A DNA stretch of 64,000 bases from Octopus sinensis (GCF_006345805.1 NC_043001.1:94612001-94676000), one strand, 5' to 3'; numbered from the stretch's first letter, positions 40,393 to 53,747 are shown. Numbers and translations: made by a program. Notes: generated from the letters alone by a model not told the origin.

Positions 40393-40527
40393 GTGTCACT
40401 GCTGAGAAAAAATCCTAACTCGAATGATATCACCGAAAACTTTAGGCCAGAAATTCTGCTAAACGCAGATTTTAAGATTTTGACTTAGATCGTAGCAAAG
40501 ATGTTTGCCCTTGTCATACATGGTCTG
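40393..40527 (+). mobile_element. L1/Tx1-like reverse transcriptase sliver
   Basis: VSLLRKNPNSNDITENFRPEILLNADFKILT*IVAKMFALV (NFRPI.LLN.D.KIL motif). Confidence 0.7.
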
Positions 40528-41740
40528 AATGTCGATATATGTAATTCATCAAAGAGAGGGTGGTTAAGGTATCTGGTATTGGGATGGAGTTGGGTTGGGG
40601 AAATAGGCAGTAACCTAAACTCACTGAAATTAATTTTAGTAAACTTGAAACTCGTAAGAAATGTTTGCCATGACAGAGCAGTTACAACGTCGAAAAAATA
40701 TGCCATATATATTTTCGTCCAAATCCAAACCATTTCTCAGCTCGAATTTAACGTAGCTTAACTTATTCTTGAATCATGATGGGGTCGACAAAATACAATA
40801 CTAGGAGAGTCGGTGCTGATTAATCCGTTCCCCAGAAAAATGTTTGCCCTATGCTTAAACAGTGATGGTAATTTCAGTAAAATAATTAATATTTATATTA
40901 GTAGAAGGGAAGATACTTGGAAAGCGTTGTAGTAACATTGGAATTGGAATGGACATCTAAGTTTACGTTTATAAGTTATCTTGATTTATCTCTTTTATTT
41001 CATTAGATATATACATGAAATCCAGAAGACCTATTCCTCCATACAGTTAAATGAAACGTAATGTTGTTTATAATGTAAATAACAAAACAAACAGAAGCCA
41101 TAGTCGGAAGCTAGTCAAATGCACTTTGATTGAAAATCATGTGAATTTTGAAAAAAATATTCTTGAATGGTTACCATGACAGTGACTAGGCGATTAACAA
41201 TATACAGAATCTTGTTTATGCCTAAGATCTCCCTTGGCAAAACATATTATGCATCTTAAACTTCGTCAAAGACATTTAGAAACCATTAGTGCCCATCAGC
41301 GGTGTATGTTTGCGGTTGCTCACATGAATACCAAAAGTGGGATGCAAACGTAATTATCCGATTAGTGTTGGAAATACGTAAAAAATAGTTTGGGAAAAAC
41401 ACAAACAAAAAACAATATTTGCTCTAAAGTTATTCATTATTCAATTTCCTCTATTTACTCAGAAATATTTTATGCCCTGCAGATTCACGTCTGTCTTCAA
41501 CAGAGTAGTTTGAAAGTACATTTAAAAAATCATACCGTGATTAACATGTGTGAGTCTGTGATATGGATTTGTCAGACATGTTTGTTTTCCTGACCAATGT
41601 TTTGCAAGGATTCTAATGAATACTGGTTTAAATATTTATGTATGTAGGGATATATAATTGCTAGCGTTTATGTAAAAATGCACGTACATGTTTATACATA
41701 TACATATATGAACGTATTATAATACACACACACACACACA

Positions 41741-41771
<31 letters not shown>

Positions 41772-41773
41772 CA

Positions 41774-41809
<36 letters not shown>

Positions 41810-42727
41810 ATCGCTGCTTTCTTCCAAGGAATCTATTGCACTTAGTTTAGTTTTCTCTTGGGGCTGGCCAGATTGGAGCAATCTCAAGTATAATCAACCG
41901 AAATTGCGAGGATAATCTGGTGCTTGACTAAGAAAAGAAGACTTCGAATGACCCGTCCCTGTTTTGTTTGTATCGTCTATCTGGATGTTTTGTTGTCCCA
42001 TTTTTGTATCACCCAGCTGTCCGGATGTTTTGCGTTCTTGTCCGAGTTTGTAAATATCTTTTCTCACTCGCAGCAGGTACTTTCTTTCTGTTTTTCCCTT
42101 CACTTCATCGTGTTGGATTCTGTCTGGCTCAAGTATTCGCATGTATTTAAAGCTGGACTGAGGTTAAATTGCGTTCACCATTTCGCCACTTGGCAACCAT
42201 GTGTCTTTTGTCTTGGCAAGCTTTCATTACCATCTTAGCACAAACTCCCTCGTAATATCTTTAGAAAAAATCAACACAGACTGGACTAGGGTGTTCAGTT
42301 ATTCCTCAGTGTTTGTGAATAGCTCCAGGTCGTACATGAATAGCAACTGGTTTAGTTTTCCCTTACCTCTTCTCAGATCATACCCCAACTTTCTTTTCTG
42401 TAGTATTTCACTGAAGAGGATCATTCCCAGCCCGCATATCAGTGGGTCACATGGTTCCCCTGGAAGATTCCTCTCTTAATTTTCACCTCTCCTAATACTC
42501 GCATCCCTGCTGTCAACTCTGTACTAAAGCATTTCATGCTATTCCATACAAGGCTTCTCGTACTGTCTGCTACTCCATACATTTCCATTGTTCTTATTAT
42601 CTAGGAGTTTGGTATCATATCGTTTGCTTTGCGATAGTCAGCCCATGCCATGCTCAGGTTTGTATGTCTTCCCTTGCAGTTCCTGATAATTAGATTATCA
42701 ATTAAGAGCTGATTCTTCGTTCCATAT
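41810..42727 (-). mobile_element. Degenerate internal Dong/R4-clade RT fragment
   Basis: [47 protein letters not shown]. Confidence 0.85.
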
Positions 42728-43292
42728 CACACGATAGGCTGGCCATTTAACAACTCTCACCCAAAATGTGTAAGCCACTTCTATAACTTTCTATGTTTGT
42801 TAAAACTTCGAAACATTTATAGATTTTTATATCTTAAGTACGAAGTGATTTTCCAAAGATGGTTTCATTTATTGTGAATACAATGTGGTGTCCTACAGAC
42901 AGATAGCTATATGTTGTTTTATAACTTTGAATTCTTGTTGATAAATGTCTGTATCTTAGCTATAATAGGTCCTCCCCATAAAATCTAAATTTCCAAATAT
43001 TAACTCATTACCATACTGGAATTTTGGCGAGCTTACCTGCTTCCATTTCGTTCCTCTCCCTCCCTCTCTCTATCTCATCTTCCACTGTGTTTACAGTGCT
43101 GCTGTAAGCATTCACACGATAGGGTAGCCATTTAACAGCTCTCCTCGCAAATGTGTAAGTCTTTTCTATTACTCGCTGTGTTTGATAAAACCTTGAGATT
43201 GTTATAGATTTTTATATCTTAAGTACGATGTAATTTTACGTAGATAGATTCCTTTTTTGTGAATACGATATAGTATTTTATAGATAGACTAG
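42728..43292. repeat. Diverged ~180-bp direct duplication (42728-42908 and 43113-43292)
   Basis: Shared CACACGATAGG..GCCATTTAACA..AAATGTGTAAG..TATAGATTTTTATATCTTAAGTACGA..TTGTGAATAC. Confidence 0.8.
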
Positions 43293-43499
43293 CAGAGATA
43301 TCCAGCGTTCTTCGGGATTCAAATAGCATAGTTTGTATATGTATGTACACACACACACACACACACACAGACACACACACACACACACACATATATACAT
43401 ATATATATATATATATTATAGTTATGTTCAAACTAGTGATACAGGGAAGGGCAGTATTGACAACAAAACATTTACGGATTAACTGATGGGCTAATTCGA

Positions 43500-43886
43500 C
43501 TAAGCGACATGTCATGCGTCCGTTTGGAGTATTCTAGGCCCTAACTTGTCATAGAAAATTTGGGGTTGGGTGTATGTGATTTTTTAACATATCGCACAGC
43601 TGTTGGCGCTGTGTCTAACACGACCCATCGTCTGAAATTTTGACCATACCTTCGGGTTTGTTGTTCTACATCACTCGTAAAGTAAATTTGGAGTAGCTAT
43701 GGTTGTTCATTTGTGGATGACTGGGAAGCCATATGTGATAAACTTTCTCTTGAACTTTGAACGTACGCGTAAATTTATGTTCAGCTATCTCCTTGCATGC
43801 ACCAATCGACGTCATGTGGAATGTAGAGTTGCAGTCTCTGGTATTGTTCAGCAAATCCTATGGCTAGATCGTAGTGCCTTGCAGAA
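43500..43886 (-). mobile_element. Helitron Rep-helicase N-terminal remnant
   Basis: LLNNTRDCNSTFHMTSIGA..TFKVQEKVYH matches the Helitron (Y)NS.F.MTS.GA...TFK.QG..YH motif. Confidence 0.75.
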
Positions 43887-46800
43887 TTTTTTTTTTTTTT
43901 TTTTTAACCGAAAATTATGTTTGTTTTAAACCTTGAGATTACACAGAGAGTATTTTGCGTAGGATATGAGCAGTTCCCATGAGCACTATCTTTTGAACTT
44001 CTGCCATTTTTGGGTTTCCTGGTATCTGAGTTAGGTAGCTATCAGCCCCTTTTGCTATCATTCCCAGGGCACCTATGACAACAGGTATTGTCTTAGTCTT
44101 CAGCTTCCACATTTTGCTGATTTCTATTTCAAGATCTTTATATTTGCTCAGTTTTTGGTAGGTCTTGACAGATACGTTTATATCGATTGGGACAGTCATA
44201 TCAATGAGGAGGCATGTTCTTTGTTTGAAGTCTTTCAATATGATGTCTGGCCTATTTGCATCTATCTTCCTGTCAGTTTGAACGGTGAAGTTCCAGAGGA
44301 GTGAGATGTGGTCATTTTCAAGCACTGGGGGTGGTTTGTGTTCCCACCAGTTTTTTTCATGGGGCAAATCCAGGTTTTTACAGATTACCCAGTGAATATA
44401 TTGTGCAGCTCTATCGTGCCTGTTGAGATACTCTGTGGGCGCTAGAAGACTGCACTTGGAGACCACATGGTCAATGGTTTCATTTTGTTGCTTGCATACA
44501 CGACACGTTGGACTGCTTCTGATCTTTAATATGTTGGCCTGGTAGTTTCTTGTTGGTAGGCATTGATCTTGAGCTGCTATGATAAACCCTTCTGTTTCAG
44601 ATTTTAAGCCAGAGGCCATTAGCCATTGATGGGACAGGGCTTTGTCGATATCTGCATTATTCGCTCTCTTTGGGTATTTGCCATAGAGAGGTTTTTCTTG
44701 CCATTTATTATTCAGAATATCTAAAGCCGCAGTTTTGGCACGGGTTTTCATGCGCCTAGCTTTTTCTGTGCTTGTTTCTTGTATATCTATCTCTAATTCC
44801 GAAATTGGTTGTATTCGGAATTCACTTAGATATTCCTTTGCCTGTTTTGTGACTGAGTATGATGCTTTCTTGTTTTCATGTTTTGAGACAAGTTTTAACA
44901 TCCAGTCCTCAGAGTTTTTCAGGTAGGTGTCTAGGCCAATTGTAGCAATCTTCATTGTTATTGCCAGTTGCAAAAGACCACGGCCTCCCTCTTTTCGTGG
45001 CAGATAGAGTCGTTCTGTATCTGCCTTAGGGTGGTGCATTCTATGCATTGTCAACAGTTTCCTTATTTTTCTGTCGAGCTGACATATTTCAGTAATTGAC
45101 CAGTTAACAATATTGAAACTGTAGGTCACGACTGGTATAGCTAATGCATTGATCGCTTCGATCCTGTTTCTTGCATTCAGCTCTGTCTTGAGTATTGCTC
45201 TCACTCTTCGATAGCATTCTCTCCTGATCCTTTCCTTCATCTCTGAATGCCTTATTCCGTTCCCTTCAATTACCCCTAGGTACTTGTAGCTCTCCGCTGG
45301 GTCTAGTTCTTTTATGACATTCTGTTGGTCAAGGTTAACGTTAGATGTTTCTGTCATTTTTCCTTTGATAAAGGTAGCCTTTGCACATTTATCGAGGCCG
45401 AATTGCATTCTGATGTCGTCACTGAATTGCTTGACTATCGCTAGTAAGCCCTTGAGTTGTTGATCATTTTTTGCAAAAACTTTAAATCATCCATGTAAAC
45501 GAGATGATTTATATTTTTATCAAACATTTTATACCCGTACTGCGCGTCATTGAACAGCTTTGAGAGAGGTATTAAGGCTAAACAAAAGAGGAGTGGTGAC
45601 AGTGAGTCACCCTGGAAAATGCCACACGAAATTTTTAGTGTGGTTCTCCATGATCTCATACTTACAGTCAAGAAGTTTCGCAGAGTTGGTGCTATCTTAT
45701 ACATTTCAAGGCATTTCCTAATCCAGCTATGTGGTAGGCTATCAAAAGCCTTTTTATAGTCTATCCAGGCTATTGATAAATTTTTGTGTCGTTTGTGACA
45801 ATCTTCTAAGATCATCTTATTGATGAGTAGTTGGTCTTTACAGCCGTAGGATCCACGTTTACATCCTTTCTGTTCATTAGGGAATATGCCGCTGTCTGTT
45901 AAAAAACTATAGGTATATTCCGTCAGGACAGATGTTAGTGTTTTGTACATAGTTGTTAAGCAGGTTATGGGTCTATAGTTTTTTGGTTCATTTGTTCCTT
46001 CACTTTTTGGAAGCAGTAATGTTAACCCATTAACTAGCCAAGGAGGCAGCCTACTAGGGTGTTGCAAAACATCATTGTACAGTTCTGTTAGCAGTTCATG
46101 GCTCTCTGGGAAGGCATTCAGACAGAAGTTAGGAATATTATCCTTTCCTGGAGACTTCCATTTGCTTGACCTCCTGAGAGCAGATCTTATATCTTCTACC
46201 TTTACACCCTCCCACTTTTGCTCTTCTAAGGGGTCCAGTTCTGTAGATATTCTGTCAATCCAGGGGGCCTTTTCGTTGTGTGTTTTTTCTTCTGCCCAGA
46301 TTTTATTCCAAAATCTCTGCACTTCTTCTTTTGATGGTACAGACCCTGCAGTAAACGCTGTTTTTCCTATCTTCCAGTAAAAATTCTTGGTGTTATTTTT
46401 GAACATGTTGTTGTCCTTGAAAAATCTAACACGCTTTTCATACCTCGCTATGCGGGCAGCTTTGGCAGATACCTTTTATTTGATGGTTTCTATGGTGGCA
46501 TCAATATCAAGTATAGTTTTCATATTTCATATTGTATTTTTTCAGTAATTTTTGGGCTTTTGTAGGTTTGGTAGTCTTGTGAGCCTTAAGGTTTTTCAAA
46601 TATTCAATGTCAGATCTAAATATTTTAATTTGTTTTGCAGACGCTCTTGCCAAGAAGGCTTTTTGTGGGACTGTTGCCGTTTTCTAATCTTTACACCACA
46701 TAGGATCGTTGAGATTTTTGCGGATGCATAGTATAGGTGGTTGAGGTTTGTGATATCAACATCATTAACTGAAATTATATCCTTAAGTGCAAGCCGGATT

Positions 46801-47714
46801 TTACCAATTATTTTCATGTTTTGGTTAGAGTTGCGGATTTTAGGAAGTGTATCACGCTCATACATGCTGGTTTCTTTAATTTTCAGCCATTCAATCATGA
46901 TATTTTAGCTCATGTAGTTCTGTTGGGTCAATATTTGTATGACTTTCTTTATCTATTTGATGCTCATCTGTCTTAGTGTTTATGATTGGTTCAGGGAGTA
47001 TTTCACTTTGCCTATCACTTATACTAACTCTTTCAATCCTCTCTTCGTTTTTATCCGCCCTGGGCTGGTCTATAATCATTTCCTCTGTATTATCTTCTCT
47101 AGCTGCAGCTTCGTTCATTTTATCCGATATTGCTTGTCTAATCTGATCAATCTCTACTTCAGTCAGTAATTTCTTTTTTATAATGTTTCTTCTAACATTG
47201 GCAAGCTTGTTACTGTCTATGTAGGGTCTTACTTCAGGGTGTTTCTGTCTCCAGTTTAAGTATGCTTGTACAGTGCTAGACTTATCTGTGGGGAAATATA
47301 TGGCATGGTAGAAGGCCTCAAGAACTTCTTTATTATCTTCCCTAGACCATTTTCCTTCTTTTTCTTTTGATTATTTGGTGATGAGCATGGATGGCTATCT
47401 GTTGGAATATTCCGGTTGTGGGGTTCGTCCAGCTCCTGTGTGTTGGGAAGATTTGATCCAGCAACTGATTTTTCAATCAGGATTTGGTTCAATTTTCGGG
47501 TACGTGGTCTTTTGTAATCCGCGCAATGACCAATGCGGTTTATCGTTTGATTTGTTGACCTTGAAGCATGACGAGCATCCATTCTTATATTAGGAGATGG
47601 ATCTGTCAGTTTAGGGTTCACTACATGTAAGCATTGCTCATAGCGCCGCTTCTTAAGACTAGCAGATCTATATTCGTCTGTATTTTTTTTTGTTGATAGT
47701 TTTATCTCCGGACA

Positions 47715-47720
<6 letters not shown>
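43887..47720 (-). mobile_element. Near full-length Dong/R4-clade non-LTR retrotransposon with poly(A) tail
   Basis: N-terminal KWSREDNKEVLEAFY motif, RT (YRPITCL, WIDYKKAFDSLPHSW, GIFQGDSLSPLLF, YMDDLK), CCHC, RHD, RPDIIL RLE; 489-aa intact C-terminal ORF; T19 at 43887-43905; 5' end abuts (ATT)n 47721-47798. Confidence 0.95.
43939..47582 (-). pseudogene. Frameshifted RT-RLE ORF of the Dong/R4 element
   Basis: Consecutive ORF-track segments join with about five frameshifts, a TAA stop and an apparent short in-frame RT deletion; putative start MDARHASRS. Confidence 0.85.
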
Positions 47721-47798
<78 letters not shown>

Positions 47799-47801
<3 letters not shown>

Positions 47802-48185
47802 TATTTTTTTTTATAGCGTGCTTTCACTTCACTACCGAACACAGCTCTGTGTGCCTTGGGTATGTGCTGTGATTTGTTGTGATGCTCTGATGGTTATTGT
47901 ATGGAAAGTGTTCTGCGTAAGATGTGTGCCGTGCCCAGTAGGGCAATTTTCTGTATGTTATATGTGTTTGTAAGTCCTGGTGTTTTTGTTATGTATTTGT
48001 CTGAATATTTTTTTATCATGCCTAATGCACCCATTATGATAGGAATTGTTTCTGTTTTTAGATTCCACATTCTGGTTACCTCCATTTCCAGGTCTTTGTA
48101 ATTTGAAAGTTTCTCCATTTCTTTTATAGACACGTTGTCATCTGCCGATATTGATACATCAATTAGAAAGCTTTTTTTTTCTTCA

Positions 48186-48186
<1 letters not shown>
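47799..48186 (-). mobile_element. Heavily 5'-truncated Dong/R4 copy, same subfamily as 37427-39471
   Basis: Near-identical 3'UTR and KDLEMEVTRMWNLKTETIPII.GALGMIKK..LLGTAHILRRTLSIQ*; (ATT)n on both sides. Confidence 0.95.
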
Positions 48187-48222
<36 letters not shown>

Positions 48223-48244
48223 ATTATTATTATTATTATTATTA

Positions 48245-49814
48245 CTTTTTTTTTCTTTCAAATTTTCTTCCATTTCTTGCCGAGTGTCTTCCCGACTCCT
48301 AGGGCAAAGAAACTCATAGTGTATATTGGTAGGCCATTAAACCAAACTCAGTAGTTCGTTCATATTTTTTTTTTTAAGTTAAATTAAAATACATGAGCAG
48401 CAACAGTTCTCACATCGACAATGCTCTTCTCAATACGTGTGATGTACCAGTTAAGACAATCTTTTGCACTTCTTGCAGGGATGGTAAGCCAGGGATCATT
48501 CTCATATAATTTTCGGTTCCCTTCTTGATCATTCCTAGTGCTCCTACGATCACTGGTATTGTAACCGCCTTGAGATGCCACATTTTCTCAATTTCAATGA
48601 GTAGGTCTTTATATTTTCTGAGCTTGTCAAACTCTTTCGCTGAGATATTATGATCACAGAGGATGCTCATGTCGATCAATAAGCAAACTTTATTGTTTTG
48701 GTCTTTCACAACAATATCTGGTTTATGGCCTTGATGGTTCGGTCTGTATGTACTGGAAAGTCCCACAGAATGGTTACATTTTCTCCTTCAGTTACAGCCT
48801 CAGGGTGGTGATTATACCACTTGTCGGCAGTTTTGATATTGTAATGCCGACTTATTAGCCAGTGGAGATATTGGCCAACTCTGTCATGTCTTAATTATAC
48901 TCCACTGGTGCTAAGACTTTACATCAGAGATTAGGTGGTCCACTGTTTCAATCATGTCATTGCAGAATCGGCATTTTGGGTCTGCTCCATTTTTCATCAC
49001 ATTGGCCTGGTAGTTCCGGGTTAATAGGCTTTGGTCTTGAGCAGCCAGGATGAAACATTCGCTCTCTGCTTTTAGCCCTGAGCTCCGCAGCCACTGATGG
49101 GTTTGCTTCTGGTCAACATCAGCTTGTTTGCTGCGGGTCACATATTTGCCGTGCAGAGGTTTCTCCTCCCACCTATCAGCCAATTGCTCGTGCGCTTTTT
49201 TCATTGCCATCATTTTCACCTTCTTTGCAACAATAGTTGGCGTACTTCCCACGGGTTGTTCAGTTTAGGTATCCTGCACGAGATCAATAGCAAATTTTTT
49301 GCTTTCCTTGATGATAGAATGAAGCTTCTTTCGTCTCTCATGATTTTTCACGAGCTTTAGCATCCAGTCATTCGATATTTCGAGATATTTGGCCAGTCCA
49401 ATTGTGGTTGTTTTGTAAGCTAGTTCAAATTGGATCAGGCCTCGACCTCCTTGGGCTCTGGGAAGGTAAAGGCGATCTACGTCTGCCTTTGGGTGGTGCA
49501 TCCTATTACAACTCAGCAGCTTGCGTATTTTTCTATCTATATTCTTTACTACACTCATATTCCAGTTCAACACATTGTAGCTATAAGTAACAACTGGAAC
49601 TGCTAAGGAATTTATAGCTAACACCTTGTTACGTGCATTTAGTTCAGATTTCAGGACTGCACGAACTCTCCTATAACATTCCTTCCTGATTTTCTCTTTC
49701 ATGCTTGCATGCTGAATACCAGAGCCTTCATTTATCCCTAAATATTTGTATGTTTGTTCTTGCTCAAGCTCTCTTATGACTGTGTCAACATCTAACACGA
49801 CTGAATTTGTGGTC

Positions 49815-49818
<4 letters not shown>
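48245..49818 (-). mobile_element. 5'-truncated Dong/R4 copy of a third subfamily
   Basis: TYKYLGI, CRFCNDMIETVDHLIS, HKPDIVV, LTGTSHVLRRALSM*; A-rich 3' end at 48246; 5' junction in (ATT)n. Confidence 0.93.
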
Positions 49819-49885
<67 letters not shown>

Positions 49886-50008
49886 TATTATTATCATCAT
49901 CATCATCATCATTATCATCATCATTATCATCATCATTAACATCATCATCATCATCGTCATCGTCATCATCATCATCATCATCATCATTATTATTATTATT
50001 ATTATCAT
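49819..50008. repeat. Compound (ATT)n/(CAT)n microsatellite
   Basis: Seen directly. Confidence 0.95.
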
Positions 50009-51573
50009 TGTATACACACACATACACACAGACACATATATATATATATATTTATATAAATGTGTTGCTAAGATGCATAGGTCTCAATTCATTTTCTCCT
50101 GTATAACTTGGTTACCCATTTATGTGTTATTCACCTTCCCTGGAATCTTCACTTCGGAAATTTTATAGAAATTATTTTTTAAATGTTTTTATATTCAGTA
50201 CATGTCTGAACAATCAAGAGCGGATCTCTCCACTAAGTTGTGCCGTGCTATCGACATACACTGCAATCACATCAAGTTCTTACGACCCTGCAAAGAATTC
50301 GATATCCATCCGATGTGGTTTTTGTGTGGAAATTCCATTGACCTAACATTGAGCCTCAATTTAAATAAGCAATTAATACGAATTTTAATTATATATATAT
50401 ATATATACACACATAAACACACACACATACATGCATCTCCTTCTTCGTATTACACTTATCAAGGAGTTGTAATATAAATTGTCATAAATGTAATTTAATC
50501 AAGAAACAAAATACAATTACAGGCATATTTAGATTTTTTGTCCCTCATCCTTATTTTGCGGAATACGTTTCGATATTATCGAGAATATTACGTTACCGTA
50601 TTGTATTGATATTTAGTCAATAAAAAAAAAGCAAGCATCTATGACACTCTTGACAATAATATTTCATGTTAATTCTCATATCATTGTCAGTATTATATAA
50701 TTGTTGATCTCTTTATGTTCGTATTATGGTTTCCATGTCAATTTATAATATTAGTATAATTTACATTATAAAATTTATTTTGCTATCAATCATTTTCAAT
50801 GTCAAAAAGAGTGTTATAGAAATTTATATCTTATTTAATTTCGTGACTGGAAGGAAGCCCATTAATTCATTCTTAAATCGGCTCCAAATTTAAACCAGGG
50901 GAAATCAAGGATCGATTGAATGATTTGGAACGTCTCTTAATATTTTGTATTCACATGAAAAAACTTTTATACTGTAACTACTAAAACATGACTTATATGT
51001 ATCATTCATTTAGGTTATGTGTTGAAACAGCGTCCCTCTAGATTGAAAAGAAATATTAGTTACACTACTATGGCAGTGTTTATTAAATATATCTTATACA
51101 AAAGAAGTGACATTAACTGCGTTTAGTATAGACAATATTATTAATGTTTCCTGAATATTCAATTGAACAGACAATGTCTGATCTATAATGCGATAATCAG
51201 ATATGCAAGCACACTCTTTCTTTTTCTGTTTTTTCAATTGTGATATCCCCATCAACACCATTTATATCACTATATCAAGCAGTGAATGTAAACTAAGTCT
51301 CCCCTGCCAAAATAACACGCAGCTGGTAATGATTTAATCAGTCAATGCGTAAAAGGAAAAAAATGGTAATTTCTAAAATGCTTCGATATGAATACGTAAA
51401 GGGAAGTAACATGACATGTTTACATAACATAATGTTCTGTGGTATTCCTTTTAAATACAGAGTATAAAATACAGAGTGATGAACAACTAGAATAATATAA
51501 AACGGATTCTTTGTAGCAGAAGTGATATATATATATATATGTATATGTATATGTGTATGTGTGCATGTGTATG

Positions 51574-51634
<61 letters not shown>

Positions 51635-51759
51635 TGTGTGTGTGTGTGTGTGTCCGTGTGTGTGTGTATGTATGTATGCATGTATGCATTGGCTTATCTC
51701 ATAAATGATGCGTTTTTTTATACTATTATGTTCATTTTTACACTTCTTGTATTGAGATG

Positions 51760-52560
51760 AACATAGTTCTTTCTTCATCTAAAATATACTCTCCATTTTC
51801 TGCTATGCTTTTCCGTCTATCCGGGAGGTTTGCAATGTCTCTCTTCAAAATTTTATTTGTTCGTGACGAAATTAATCCTCCAGTATGGTTTTGACCTCGT
51901 CTACAGAATTCATATTTTTACTGTCAAAATGAATTTGAATTCGGCGGGATAAATGGTAATCAGCTGGGGCATTGTCCAGTGAATATGGCGGGTAGGTCAT
52001 CGTTTCCCTTACAGACTCCTCCAGCTTTTGGAATATCATCTTTGCTGTACGTGACCGAGCATTATCCTGATGGAAGAACAGCTTTCGTCTTGAACGCAAA
52101 GATGGTTGTTTGTCTGCTAGCGTTTACTTAAGGCGCTGAAGCTACTCACAGTAGATCTCCTTTGTTATCGTTTGGTTTGGGTTTAAATGTTCAAAGTGGA
52201 CTAAGCATTTCATATCCCACCAAACAGATAGCAACACCTTACGTGGATGTAGGTCTTCTTTAACCTGGGGGTGTGTCTTCTTTTCCTACACACTGTCTTC
52301 GGCGCTCGACATTTTTATAGAGAACCCATTTCTCATCAACAGTCACTATTCGGTCCAATAGAAGTTCATTCGTGAGATGTGGCAGCAAAGAAGAGCACAC
52401 ATTCACTCTCAAATCTTTCTTATCTACATTCTTTTCTCTTTCCCGTTTAAATAAACCTGTTTCAAGTATGCCCTTGTAAATTGGCAAAACTCGCTCGCTC
52501 GGAGTAGCATATATTAGCATTTAATACCACGACGCGTTGTTGCCTTACGAATCATCACTA
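51760..52560 (-). mobile_element. Degenerate mariner (DD34D-type) transposase remnant
   Basis: RIVTVDEKWVLYKN, FHQDNARSRTA, YPPYSLDNAPADYHL; TIRs not identified. Confidence 0.85.
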
Positions 52561-53137
52561 AGTGTAAACAACACTGAATTTAACGCGATCATTAAAAGGT
52601 ACAAAGCAGAAAACTTTTCACTCATACCACGTACGTCCACACGCAATTACCGTTGCAGCGGCACTGTAGAAAAGTTCACTCCCTTTCCTTTCTAGTGAAT
52701 ACGCAACCTGAAGTTATTAGACAATTGCATTGAAAACTGGTATTCCACATTCTAGAGATACGAAATTTACTGTTTACATCCTGCTTCTTAGAAATTTAAA
52801 CTTCGACCAAAGATAGCGATTTTTAGAATTGCGTTCCGGAGCCTGAAAAAATAATTTAACAGTTCTTCACACATGATGCTTCTAACTCTAATTCGCATCA
52901 GATTGTCGATTCTTGGTTCCCAATTTCGAAATCTGCATTGTTCACTGCATCCTAATGTGCAGCGTCTGAGGATTAGGCTAGGGCACAATACGCATTAAAT
53001 ACACTATTTTGCATGTTCTCTGCACATGGAACTAATAGCTGCGCATAATATATATATTGTGTTTATTTCATTATATATATATACGTATATATATATATAT
53101 ACATATGCATATATATATATATATATATAATATATAT

Positions 53138-53181
<44 letters not shown>

Positions 53182-53219
53182 CATATATATATATATTCCC
53201 CCCCACACATACACATATA

Positions 53220-53743
53220 GATGGAAGGCGTTCAATGGCATAAGGTATGTGCTCAAGGGAAGGTTGGACAGGACCACCCACGCCAACCTCATTAACAGTG
53301 CAGTTCTACCTGCAATGTTATATGGTAGTGAAACATGGGCTACCATAAAAGGCAGAAGAGCAAAGACTAGTAACGGCTCGAAGAGCCATGGAAAGGTCAA
53401 TGCTTGGTATCTCGTTGAGAGAGCAAATAAGTAGCGAGATCATCAGAAAGAAGTCCGGCGTGAGAGATGTCATCGCAGAGTATACACGCAGCAAGTTTAG
53501 ATGGGCTGGACACGTCGCCCGGACTCACCGATAGTCAGTGGACACACGCAGTTGCCGAGTGGTACCCGTGTGAGCAGAAAAGATCACCCGGAAGACCTCC
53601 ACGACGGTGGAATTACGATTTCGGGAGGACGATTGGGATCCCGTGGATGAGAAAGGAGTGGACAGCGAGGAGTGGACAGCGTGCTGTGACCAGCGCTGTC
53701 AAATGGACGCCAGAAGGACTGGTCTCTCAAGGTGAAGGTGAAG

Positions 53744-53747
<4 letters not shown>
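53220..53747 (+). mobile_element. 3' end of an RTE-clade LINE with (GAAGGT)n tail
   Basis: VLPAMLYGSETW, RAMERSMLGISL, KFRWAGHVAR, KRSPGRPPRRW; ends GGTGAAGGTGAAGGTGA. Confidence 0.9.
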
